64,000 nt of DNA from Camelus ferus (Eukaryota): positions 45,076,001-45,140,000 of the forward strand of contig NC_045696.1 of NCBI RefSeq assembly GCF_009834535.1. Reading direction: 5' to 3'. Numbering within the stretch: position 1 is the stretch's first letter; the number at the start of each line of letters is the position of its first letter. Below the pieces are notes generated by a model that did not search any database, had not been told where the DNA came from, and saw only the letters and a list, made by a program, of their open reading frames with translations. A program made the translations under genes and the position numbers. Below, one piece after another: positions 52,730 through 64,000 of the stretch.

Positions 52730-52980
52730 CTGTCCTGCGACTGCTCTTCATACATCCTCTCCTTGCCTTCTTTAAAGAGTCTTATTGCCCTTTTTGACTT
52801 CTTCATTAGACTGTCAATGTAGATTTTAAAATATTCATTCTCACTGAGCTGGGCAAGTTTCTGGTTGTCATCATATTTACTCAATATAAGTCTCAAATGC
52901 TGATATGTATCAGGTAAAATATCAAGTATGTATGGTGGGCTATTCTTCAACTGAAGTTTGGGATTTTGGCACAGTCTGAC
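52730..52980 (-). CDS. CBLB: CBLB internal coding exon (251 bp; equivalent to human exon 3), N-terminal TKB four-helix bundle of E3 ubiquitin ligase Cbl-b
   Basis: Minus strand reads T19-AG|GTC AGA CTG TGC...CAG GAC AG|GTAAGA, with a canonical acceptor (52981-52982) and donor (52728-52729). Translation: [83 protein letters not shown](R). This matches Cbl-b; c-CBL differs here (e.g. [29 protein letters not shown]). Phase 0 start, phase 2 end. Confidence 0.97.
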
Positions 52981-53792
52981 CTAAAAAAAAAAAAAAAAAA
53001 AGACAAAAAATGAAACATTTTCATATGAACTGCAACACTTTGTTTTACAGAAAAACTGAGAAACTTATCAAACAATGTACTACTTCCTTGTTTTCCATCA
53101 TATAAATTTTGATCTTAAAGTTACTATTACCTATCTACAAAGAATCTACATTCTCATCTGTTTTAACACAATTAAATTGTTTTCTTCTCCTCCCATATGT
53201 TTTTCCTCTGTTGGACCTTTACTTTCAACCCTGAAAGTTTTCATTCTCTTGTCTCCAGCATCCCAGTGTTCGCAGCTTAACAGAACTTCAGTGTGGAAAT
53301 TTCTGTCAACCACTAACAGTCTCTGTTTAAAACAAAAATGAGGGAATGGGCCTCGTCTGCCGGCCCAGCTTAACACCTCACATTCAGATACCATTTTCCA
53401 GCTATAGCTCTTTCAGGGATTTTAACTTATTTTTTGGTGTACTGTTCCTGAACCCTGGGAGACTAAAACAAAGAGGAGCAATTTTAATAACTGAATCCTT
53501 AAGTAGTCAATGGGGGTGAGGTCAGAACGAGTCTTTTCCACCTCTTCACATTGTAACCCAGGCCTGACAACACATGCTACGTGACGGCTCAGTCATTCCA
53601 TCAGGTGCGGCCCGGGCACTGGGGCGTTCAGGGCTGCCTGCAGAACTGAAAACACCCTCTGCCAGCAAGAAGACTGTAGTGATACTGCCACTGCATTCAC
53701 CTCTACAAGCTCGTGTGACTTCGTCAGAACCAAGTTACCCTTCAAACTAGAGCATAAAGAATCATCCAATTAAACAATTTTTTTCTATGAAA

Positions 53793-53840
53793 TAACTGGG
53801 AATTGCACAAGTGTGTAACTGGGAATTGCACAAGTGTGTA
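53793..53840. repeat. Perfect 23-bp tandem duplication
   Basis: taactgggaattgcacaagtgtg at 53793-53815 and 53816-53838. Confidence 0.95.
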
Positions 53841-54949
53841 CACAGTGTATGTACAGTGTGCACTCTTAAAAAAAGGCAAAATGTACACATAAAGGCAGAT
53901 CTACTGAGAAGCTAGCCCCTCTGCTAAAGCTTTCGTCGTAAGTTTTTTTGTGTGTGAGTTTTCAAGAGTAAGATATTTTCAACACAACTGGTTAAGATTT
54001 CTGCCCTTTTTTCAAGAGTGACTTTCCTTCTGTCAAACTTAGCCTGCTGTAGGGTGGCACTGAAGTAGCCAGGGACACTTTTGGAATCTGGCTAATGGGA
54101 GTTTGAGTTGAAGATATCCTTAGTTTGGCTTTAGTGGAAGATTTAAGTGAGGTACAAGGTCACTCCTAGAACTAATTACATTACTGTCAGCAGCTGTGAT
54201 GAAAGAATGGCTTCAGGAATATTTCAAGTGTCCGCAGTGCTAACTACACCAGCATCAGAGCAGGAAGGTCCTGTTCAAACTTGGCAATCTGATTGGGTCC
54301 CGTGGTCCCCAGGACTGGAGGTGTATGTGGGCAGGGGAAGAGAATCAAGGTATAAAGTGTACAGAGACTAGATTATTTCTCTGATTATTTCTCTGTGGAC
54401 TTATCCATTTTTTAAAATTTATAACTTGCTGTGACTTTTTTATAGCTCTCAAAAAAATCACTTTCATACCCAATTTTGGATCTGCACTTTTGTTCTTTGA
54501 AAGGACCACTCCAAACTTCAGGTTCTACAAAACAGGCATTCATTTAGGGGCACTCATAAAAATGCCTGGGCCAAATGAAAGAGCTGAATGATAATAATTT
54601 CAAGAACCACAAACGCAATAAATCAAGGAAACAACAAATGGAAAAGGTACTCTTAAATTTGCTTTCTTTAAGAAATAATTCTGTCATCTTTTGTGGGGAG
54701 AAAAGTTTGGCTCAAACTATCAAGCATCAGCCCCTAATTTAAGAGAACTGTTTGCCACATTAACCAAGGCATTCTATCTCCTTCCTCTTTGTATACAGTG
54801 CCCAAAACAGACCTGTCTAGCATACAGTACAGAACTAACAAGTGCACGTGTAGATGATCTGGTTGACTTATTCTAAAATTCTTTATATTCATTTTTACAC
54901 ATAAATATGATATTACTTCCTTATTTTCATGACTGAACTATACATAATC

Positions 54950-55030
54950 AATAGTATTCACATCAACAACCCAAAGGTACACATAATAGTATTCAAATCA
55001 ATAACCCAAAGGTATAGGCGTATACCTTTG
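54950..55030. repeat. Tandem duplication (period 35) followed by a 10-bp perfect hairpin
   Basis: aatagtattcacatcaacaacccaaaggta / aatagtattcaaatcaataacccaaaggta, then caaaggtata-ggcg-tatacctttg. Confidence 0.9.
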
Positions 55031-56049
55031 TAAGAATATAAGAGTATCATTTTGATCTAAAGAAATTCTTGGAAATGGTAAGAGAGTACCTCATTTATTA
55101 AATAATGCCAGATCTTTACAAAAGTATAGTTAAAAGGGCTAATTAATCTTTTTGCCCTCTTTTTATTTTTGTGACACTTGGATATAATCAGAGAAGCTCA
55201 TTCTCCCCCAAAGGCTGATAAAGTCCCAAATACCTCAATGATTTAACAAATCCTGGTTGAAACAAGATACATTTTTTTCAATTCTTAAAACTAAAAGATA
55301 GTATCACAAATATACACAAATTTCAAAAATATCACCACTAACATTCCACAGCAAGCCTTTTAATTTCAGCAACATAAAATTCGGTACAACATGTCACAGA
55401 TTGATAAATTATTAACTTGTAGTTAGGGGTCTAGGCAGTTTTAAATTCATTTCCTCCAACTGGTAAAATTTTTTAATAGATAAATGAAAAATTTCTCTCA
55501 GGTATTTTTTTCAGACATTCCAAAGTACTGTTCTTTAAGAGATTCTTTTAAATGTTACAGATTTGTAATTTACTATTCTCTACCTGACCTTTTTCTCATT
55601 TGCTTCATTGAAATTGTAATTCTATCAGAGAATTTATTGCTTTATTCAGTGAAATTGTCTGAATAACTACTATACACCAGGTACTGAGCTTAGTGCCAGG
55701 AAATTATAGATGACTAGAGCATACTTCCTGCCTCAAGCAGTCTGGCAGAAGAGACCTAGTTCTCTGTAATTAACTTAGGAGCAATGTAATTCTTGCTCTA
55801 AGGGATCTGAGTAAAGATTCTGTCCAATCTATTCATTTTCAGATAAAGCAACTAAGAACTACAAAGATTAAGGGACTATTAAAAAATCATTAATCCAACA
55901 CCAGAGCCTGCATCTTATGAATCTTGAGCTGATCTTCCTTCTAACTATATCATAATTCAATTAGAATTAGGCATCTAATTAATGATCCCTGGTCAAACTC
56001 ATTTACATTTTTATTTTATTCCATTTGCAAATTTACATGAACTTCAGGA

Positions 56050-56480
56050 CCCATTCGTTAATTCTACAAACATTTGTGTGTCAGGCACTGTTTCCGGCCC
56101 GTGGGGAATACAGCAAGGAATAAATCACAGACCTGTCCTCAAGGAGTGTTCTAGTGAAAAAGACTGGAGGCTTAGACCAGAAGTACAGGAGAGTCTTAGC
56201 TGTAATGGAGGAGCGTACAAAGTGCCGGAGGAGGAGTGACGCAGACACATCTCTGTGGGAGAGCCACGAAAGTTGTACTTAAGTTTGCAAAAGGAATATT
56301 CCAGGCAAAGGCTTGTGCAAAGGCTTCAGAGGCCCCAGAGAGCTGAGTTGTGTGAAGAGGAGTCAGCGCAGTCATTCTAAAAGGTCGGGGCATGGGCAGC
56401 CCAGAGGTGAGTGGTACGAGCAGATTCGAAACAGGCTAGAGTCAGTCTGTCAAGGCCCTGGATAGGCCACGGGGTTTTCT
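56050..56480 (-). mobile_element. L2 fragment
   Basis: cattcgttaattctacaaacatttgtgtgtcaggcactgtt...ctgtcctcaaggag...attccaggcaaagg...tgcaaaggcttcagagg. Confidence 0.65.
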
Positions 56481-56644
56481 AAATTTGCACTTGGGAAAGT
56501 GCAACCTAAAATGCTGAACTACTGCTATATGCCGCTGAATGTGCAGTTCATCAGCTGGATTAGTATTAAACTCTGTGATTGATGACAGCTCCTGCCGAAA
56601 ATGAATAACCCTACACCAGGACGATGACTTCTAAGCAGGTCAGA

Positions 56645-56760
56645 TTCAATTCAATCCAATAAATATTTATTGAGTGCCTGCTATGTGCAAGGAACTGTGA
56701 ACGCCAGGGAAAGAAAAATTGCTTTTCTACAGACAGTATTCTAAGGAGAAAACTCAAGCT
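56645..56760 (-). mobile_element. L2 3' terminus
   Basis: attcaattcaatccaataaatatttattgagtgcctgctatgtgcaaggaactgtg. Confidence 0.7.
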
Positions 56761-57024
56761 CACCGCAAGGTTCAAGTTCAGATTCAAATGACTGAGACCT
56801 CTTCTAGAGATCTCAGAGTCGCTCCCTAGAATGAAAGTGGGTCCCAGCACAGCAGAGCTTTCACAAAGAACAAATCTACTCTCACACTATACAATGATGA
56901 ACTTTTTAGGGCACCAACTGCCACATAAAAGGACTGGTTCATTAGCAATGTTACTCTTTGCTTTTGAACTGAAAGGCAAAATATTTAGCATTGGAATTGG
57001 GCTAAAAATTTCATTAAAGTCATT

Positions 57025-57190
57025 GACTCATAGGATTTTAGAGTTAAAAAGGACCTTGGAGATCACCAAGAGCAACTCCCTCTTTGTGACATGACAATGC
57101 TAAAACAAAGACACGGATCCTAGCTGAGTTTACTGCTCAGAATTCTAGTGTTTGGATCTAAGAGTCAGGAACTCTCTCCAGAACAGTATA
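57025..57190. mobile_element. MIR fragment
   Basis: tcataggattttagagttaaaaaggaccttggagatcacc. Confidence 0.55.
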
Positions 57191-59619
57191 CTATTGCCCG
57201 ATATATTTCTTGAAATGTATTCAAAGATTTTTAAGTAGACCTCTCTGTATATGCCTATCTATGCATTGACTCACATACATAAAAATACATACTTTATATA
57301 TAATATACATACTGTGTGTATTTCAATAAATATATGAATATGTATTCACATACCTAAAATATATATTCAACAGTATCAAAGCAAAGGCACAAATATAAAC
57401 ACAGGATTTACTAGGGCTATAAGGATTTTCAAAGCCATTCATTATTCTTGGAACACTCTTGCAGGTAAAGTTTCCTGACTCTGCTTTAATTAAAATTTCC
57501 AGCCAAAAGGTAACAAAGAGGTATTAGGTCAGCTAACATATTTCCTGCAAACAAGGTTCAAACCAGCCTCTGAAACCTACAAAAGAAATTCCACTGAAGC
57601 AAATGGAAACTTCAACAGTAAGGAATTGTGCCTATACCGAAGCCGACTTTCATTATAAAACACACCTCACTTCACGGAGCATTCAGTTATATTAAATCAA
57701 GAACTGTACCTGCAAAGTGAAATATCCTATTTCTTAAAGACACTGTAGGAAGCCTGAAAGAATCCCTTGTCTGTGCTCCTCAGGTACTGTTGTAAGAGAT
57801 TCCTTACTGCAGTTACTTACAAGTACATCGTTAAGATAAAAAGTATCTATGAGTTCTTTGGGTTCTCTTCATCTTAGTTCAACAAATCAATCACTTTTAA
57901 GTATACAAAAGTATAAAAATGTGTACAGCAGAAAATGTTAAAAAAAACATTAAAATAATATAGAACTCTTTCTACACAGAATATTAACTGGGCAAAACAA
58001 GAAGGTTAGCATATAATTGGTTATGAGTCTAGAAATTAATCATAGTACGATTGGGGGGAAACTATCAATTCTTCTATGGTTTTCAAGGTTTCTTTAGAAG
58101 ACATATAAAACACATCATTCAATAATTGGAAAGTTGTAATTAAGCTGTCAACTGTGTATTCATTTGTTCACCACCTTTCTTCCAAATGAGAGTGGAACTT
58201 CCTTCGGGGTAGAGAGCATCTCCCTCTGACTGGTCTATCTCTATCACCTAATGTAGAATCTCACAAATATTTGATGGAGGAAAGGGGGAAGAAAAGGAGG
58301 AAAGGAGCAAAGTAAGGAGGAACTTCTCAGAAGTAATATCACAAATAGTATATATGTGTATCTCTATATTGAATAAACCTGTCTACAAATGAGGACAAAG
58401 TTTGGAGAAGGGCTTGATCATTTCAAACATACGGGGTAAAGATCATTTTGATTTACTTCTCATGGAAAGAGGAAGAATCATATAACTCCCTGAAGCAGTG
58501 TGCTTGAATCTGCATACTAAGAACACAGGCTTGAGAATCAGTCAATCTTGGGATCTTTCCCTGTCATTAACTAGCTTTACAACCTTGGACCACTTTCTTC
58601 TGGAAACCCCTTAGGATGTTACAACTCTTAGAAGTGGAGTGCTCTGCACACAGTGGGCACTGACAACTTTTTAGGATTTCTTCTCCTTCCACTTTATACC
58701 ACAACACGGCAAAATACCTGCAGGTTTTGCAAAAGTACAAGAATTAGGCCAAGGCACTGACCTCCTTGCTGGGGATCATGAAAAGTTCTTTCATTTAGTT
58801 CCTAAAGTTCATCATACTACCTGAAACCCTTAAAAAGTCTCCTGTTTTGTGTAGAAAAGCAGCAAATAAGGCTAATAAGTCCAGATCCTTACTCCTGACG
58901 TGCAGTCAGTACACTGGTACTCAGCTGATCTGGAATTTTTTAAATAGTAGAATATTTAAGAACTATTTTTGGGATCCCTAATGGAAAACAGTGTGAGCTT
59001 AATTATTTAAATATTAACATGTGAAAGAGCTAAAAATTTAGTTGGATATTTTCAAAATGCTTCTTTAATTACTAGGAAAAAGTCAGCATCTCACAAATGC
59101 ATTAAAAAAAAAACACCTTAAATAAATGCCCAAGCAGAGTAGATAAAAATAGCACTGCAGCACCATTTAAGTCACAGTATGTTTTTAAGATGATCTTAAT
59201 GTAAAGGTTCAGAACTGATTTCCATTTCAATTTGTTACTTAATTATGTACTTAACTGCTAGAAAACCTGTTAAAATATATATTGCTTATTCTACAACACA
59301 CAATTTTAAAACATTATTTTAAACATTACAAGTGTTACATGTCAAATCACTTCCTGACAATCTAACATTAAATTTACAAGTTCCCTCAAAACTGCTCTGT
59401 GTATTTCCTTATTCTCCTCTTCTGCAAGTGGAATTTACAGTTATCTAACAAGGACTACCCTTCTACTTGTCCTCAGCCTTTCCCTTCCACATTAGGGGAT
59501 GCCACTTTATCAATTATTTCTTCTTGCCTTACATCGTAAATTACTCCCTACCTACATTCCTTCCCCTCAAACCACAAACTTCTCCAACAGCACACCCAAC
59601 ACACATAAACTTATGCTCT

Positions 59620-60760
59620 GCTCAAACCCTCAAGCTGTCCATCAGAACTTTCTTTTCACTAGTTGTCCCAGTTCTAGAACAATTTTTTAAAATAATCCAC
59701 ATACTTGTTTTAATCTAGCCCCACTACATAAGCAAAACTACTCTGAAAGATCAACAACAGCCTCTACTCAAGACACTCAATGACTTCTCAAACTTTCATC
59801 CTGCTTGGTTTCTCCACTTGAACTTGATCTTCGTTTTCTCAGAATTTGAAACTATCTCCTTAGTAAAGCTATCTCTACCCAGGAAATCAATCCGGCTCTG
59901 ATTCTTTTTTATCTGTCTCATCTGTCCTTTGCAGGATTCTCTTCCCTTCACTGCCATCTAATTATAGATACACACCCCAACACAGCCCAAAGTTCCAATC
60001 TCTCATTTTATCTCCAGCTCCCACCTTCTATTCTGCCTTCCAAATCTCTTGCTGGCCATAGCTTGAAATGCTGCCTCCATGACATATCTACCGAACATAT
60101 GTCTCCAACTTCAACTTCTCTCTTTAACTGCACATTCAATTTTCTGACTTCAAAATGGATTTCACTCTGGCATGTCACACTCAACACGGCCAAAAACAAA
60201 CTTACCATGCACCAACTCTCAAGCTTCCTCTTTTTCTTCCTATGTTAATAAAGACCATCACTGCCTTTAGAGTCAACTAAGCTGAAAACCTCAAGAGTCA
60301 CTTTCACTTCAACTTCTCTTTCATCCTCTATCTCTGAAGGGTCACCAGGACCTTAGATTTTACTCCAAAGTGCCTCCCACATTTGAACCTACACTTGCTA
60401 CACCTATGTCAGTTCTCTAGCTCAGCCCCTCATTATTTCTTGCCCAGTGTGTTTTAATTCCTCTTGATCATTATTTCTACATTTTAGTTTCTTTCCTCTT
60501 AATCCATCCTTTCGAGAGTCAACAGAGTACTTTATCACAGCAGAGCCTTGACTTTCACTCTGCTCAAGGATTTCAATGATTCTGTCTGCCAAATAAATAA
60601 AGTCCAAATTCCTTGACAAAGCAGTCAAAGCCTCTTCACCTTTCTCTATCTTAACTTCTCTCACTCAGCAATCTCCCTTTACTCATCAATCCTTCAGCCT
60701 GATGTGTCCTCCACCTCACTGGAATCCAATCCACTAAAGAATAGCTGGGTGGTACCTCCA
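59620..60760 (+). mobile_element. Long degraded L2 segment
   Basis: Pyrimidine-rich L2 body: actcaacacggccaaaaacaaact...aagctgaaaacctcaagagtca...aataaagtccaaattcctt. Confidence 0.6.
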
Positions 60761-62079
60761 CCTCCTCCGAGCTGCGTGCTACACCAGCGTTTCACCTCTA
60801 GCACGCAACATTAACATCCACCACATACCACGTCACAGCACTTTATTTAGATCATATTACAGCACTTACTACAAGATGACACGGTTATTTAAAAACCTCT
60901 ATCTTTCCACACTTGGGATATGACAAATGAATGATGAAATCAATAGATAGCATATAAAACAACAAAAGAAAGGAAGAAGTTGGTTCAAAATCTGAATAGT
61001 TAAATTTTATAGGAGTTAAAAGATTACGAACTGATTAAGGCTTTTGTTAAATGTATGCTCTGTATCACAAGGATAAGCCCAGGTAACTTTTGGGAGGATT
61101 CCTTTAACTCTTTGACTTTATTCAAAAGCTTTTCCTAGAAGTGACAAGTGCCCAGCTTTGGGATCACTTCATTTATTTAAGCACAAATTCAAAATCTAAT
61201 TCAGTACTAAACAAAAAATTACCCAGGCACTTAATGTGCTAATATCTATCCAAGTCTACGAGGGCCCATGATTCTACTAATATAGAACAACCTCAGTGAG
61301 GAAAAGCAAGTACGTGAAGAATAATTCAAATAAATGATATTCCCTGTTCCAAGGGCCCAAGGACAGTGATATTCTCAAATCCAATAAACACAAACAACAG
61401 ACATCCAAAACCTAAGTTTTACTCCATGTGCGATATTTTTCAGAGGTATGAGGAATTCAACTTAGAAAAGAATACTTACTCTTATCTTTTCATAGCTGTA
61501 TATAACAAGCATCTTGACTGACAAAACTTTTAAATATATTACGGTTAAAGTGAAATTATAAATGAATGAATTATATTCCAAGCTTGACAAATGTACTGAA
61601 TGTACTGAGGATAAAAGGCAGGAAAAGGCTGTGTGGCATCATCACTTTTTAAATGCTTTTAAAACTCTTTCAGTCATGTGATTTCAAATAAATGACAAGG
61701 ACAGCAAGACAAAAACACAGGCAGGTACTCAACTTGCTTTGCTCTCTGGCATCAATTAATGATGTCTTAATTTCCTGAACATCCACGTGAGCTCAGTACT
61801 TTTAGTATCTATTAGATGAAAAGCTGTTTCTCCCATTTTCCATCACCTGGCTAAGATGCTTGTAAAAACCATGCTCAGGAACCTCACATTAATAAATTAT
61901 CATTCCTAACATACTGATTAGCAATCATTTCCTTACCCTCACCTCAGCATTTCCAACAAGAGTACAGTAATGCTGTTCCTGAAGGCAGTGGCCAGCAGAA
62001 TCCAGACAGGCTACTGTCTGAGCAGCGGCCAGAAAAACAAGGTGGATGTTCTCTGCTCTGCTCCCCATTACTCTGCTCC

Positions 62080-62275
62080 CCCTGTACTTTGTACAGGTCT
62101 GCACTACAGCCCTTTCCAGACTACTGGCAATCATCCATTCATATGCCTGGCTCTGGTGCTGGTCTCTGAGTTCCTTGACAAGTCAAAGGCAAAGTTATAG
62201 CTTGCCCAGCTTTGCAGCCCCAGTAATAAGCACTTAGTAGGAACACAATACATCCTCAATAAATGTTTAGATGTT
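62080..62275 (+). mobile_element. L2 3' end fragment
   Basis: ctctgagttccttgacaagtcaaaggc...ccccagta...gcacttagtagg...ctcaataaatgtt. Confidence 0.5.
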
Positions 62276-64000
62276 TAAGAACCTCCATCTCTCCAATGAC
62301 TCAGGAATAGACTTTACATTCTAGAGTGTATTTGAACCTTGCTATGTATTCAGGAGTAACAGTTCTGCTTCTATACTGAATAGGCATCCACTGGCTTGAA
62401 GAGTTTGGAGTCAGCTGTTGATGGATGGAGCCAGGACTAGAAATATATCTAAATGAGATGCTCCAGTTTATGCTCCTATTCTTTCTCTCAATAGATGTAT
62501 TAAACTAACTCCTTGCCACTAATGTTTTCTTAAAAAACACTTTACATCTTACAAGGAACACAACTGAGCAATTACTCCCTCCTACTCTCAGTGACCTTGT
62601 ACAGAAAGCCTAACCTCTGAAAATGCAACAGTTAGCTGGAACTGGAATCTCAGTTGACTATTTAAAATTCTAGAGGCCAGGGAATGGTGAAACTACATAC
62701 TTACTAGATAGTTCCCTTATGGTCTAAGACTACTTCATATTCCCTGTGAGATAAGTTATTTTACTTTGCAGGTAGCTGAGACACACTGTACCTGTTCTCA
62801 GATTTACTCTTTAAGATCTGATCTTGTTGAAGAGGCTTCATAAAGAAAACATGCTAAATACCTACCCCTGCCTTTTACATAACTGTCAGTTAGATTTGAA
62901 AGCTACTATCTTCTGTTATTCACAAGCTAAACTCACACTATGGCAGTTATTTTACAAAACAGTTAGGTAATGTGTCAAGGGATTAGCTTTTGGACTAATA
63001 ATAAAGTTCCTGATGTAATCACCGGGACAGTGTTGATATTATGAACCACTTCCTTCAACACTGACAAAGAAGAAAAGATAAACACATGTGGGAGATGCTT
63101 CTGCATTACACCACTGAATGAAACATATTTCCAATTTGTAATTATCAATGCCTTTTTATTACTGTGAGACAGGGTAGCAATAAACATACTGGACTCTTTT
63201 ATAATGATTTATATAATTTCCCTCTACAAAGCGCACGGATGCATCCATAAATGAACACAAAGATCTTCATTCCTGACAAATAATGAAGACAAATAGGGAA
63301 ATTCACACAATGCACCTCTGCCAACATGCATACCCGCATTCCACTAAGTATAGACTTTAGATAATCTATTTCCTCGTGAGTCAAGTTTCTCAACTGGAGA
63401 GGCTAAACCCAAACCCACAAAAGGGTTAATAAAACAAACAATGGCAGAAGCTTAACTATCAAATGACCATCTATTTTACCATAACCCACAGTGAAATCAT
63501 TAAAAGTAGATAAAACTTAGGTTACAATCAGTTACAGACCGAAATTACACACACAATTTTTCATGTTTCAAAATTAATGACTCTAGATTAACTACAGTTT
63601 ACCACTTCCTTATATAAATCTTTTTCATTTGATGTTCATTTGATTCACTCATCATTGTACAAATTCTGACCACTCAGAGAAAGGGCTGTGGAGGGAGGAG
63701 CAGCTCCCTGGTAGAATCTGATCCATTTTTTGCCCACTCATATAACAGATAAGTTAAACAAAAACCTTGAATTCCTTCTCTTATGCCCAACTAATGATTT
63801 CAGCATGAAAGTGACCTTAAATTGCACACTCCTTAGAAAAGCAAAGACAGCTAGTATTGAGCCTGCCAAATATATACAATTTTTCCAACTGCATGCTCCT
63901 CATCCTTAAGGATCCAACACTAAAATCAAAACCTGACCTCAAGCAGCAAGTTGCAATGTTCTGATCCTATGACATCATTCTGTCTGGAGCACTTGAATAT

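Larger units (their letters stand above)
52981..64000 (-). other. CBLB: CBLB intron upstream of the exon (partial; previous exon outside window)
   Basis: Ends in a 19-T polypyrimidine tract plus AG at 52981-53001. No upstream Cbl-b coding exon (ending ...WKLMDKV) is seen in the window. Confidence 0.85.

Noticed and set aside
52726..52950. 74-aa ORF as a standalone gene
   Set aside because: Its 'start' is an internal TTG (Leu) and its stop lies in the intron donor. The real unit is the spliced 52730-52980 exon.
52730..52980. CBL, CBLC or a processed pseudogene
   Set aside because: Residues are Cbl-b-specific, the frame is intact and both splice sites are present, with intronic flanks.
53793..55030. 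CRISPR-like repeat array
   Set aside because: Only two-copy duplications without spacers, in mammalian DNA.
55066..61140. Scattered STAT5-type TTCnnnGAA motifs
   Set aside because: Frequency is compatible with chance in 64 kb of AT-rich DNA and they are not clustered.

Overview
This is mammalian, AT-rich, mostly intronic DNA. It is most likely from a camelid (alpaca, llama or camel), inferred from several tRNA-derived SINEs that match the camelid Vic-1 family and from cetartiodactyl-type L1 3' ends. The only supportable coding sequence is one 251-bp internal exon of CBLB (Cbl-b E3 ubiquitin ligase, TKB four-helix-bundle region) on the minus strand at 52730-52980. The rest of the window appears to be the two flanking CBLB introns, filled with L1, L2, MIR, MaLR LTR, hAT-Charlie (MER) and SINE remnants. 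The other ORFs in the track are chance or repeat-derived. I found no prokaryotic-type system and no new gene. The most unusual structure is at 21062-22446: a ~273-bp piece of apparently non-repetitive intron (22175-22446) has been copied in inverted orientation into the middle of a TSD-flanked Vic-1-like SINE about 750 bp away, with part of the SINE duplicated around it. Smaller items include a twin-primed 5'-inverted L1, a tandem-plus-foldback micro-rearrangement, two speculative poison-exon candidates and some immune transcription-factor motifs. Repeat family names are assigned by eye from remembered consensus sequences, and old-repeat boundaries are approximate.
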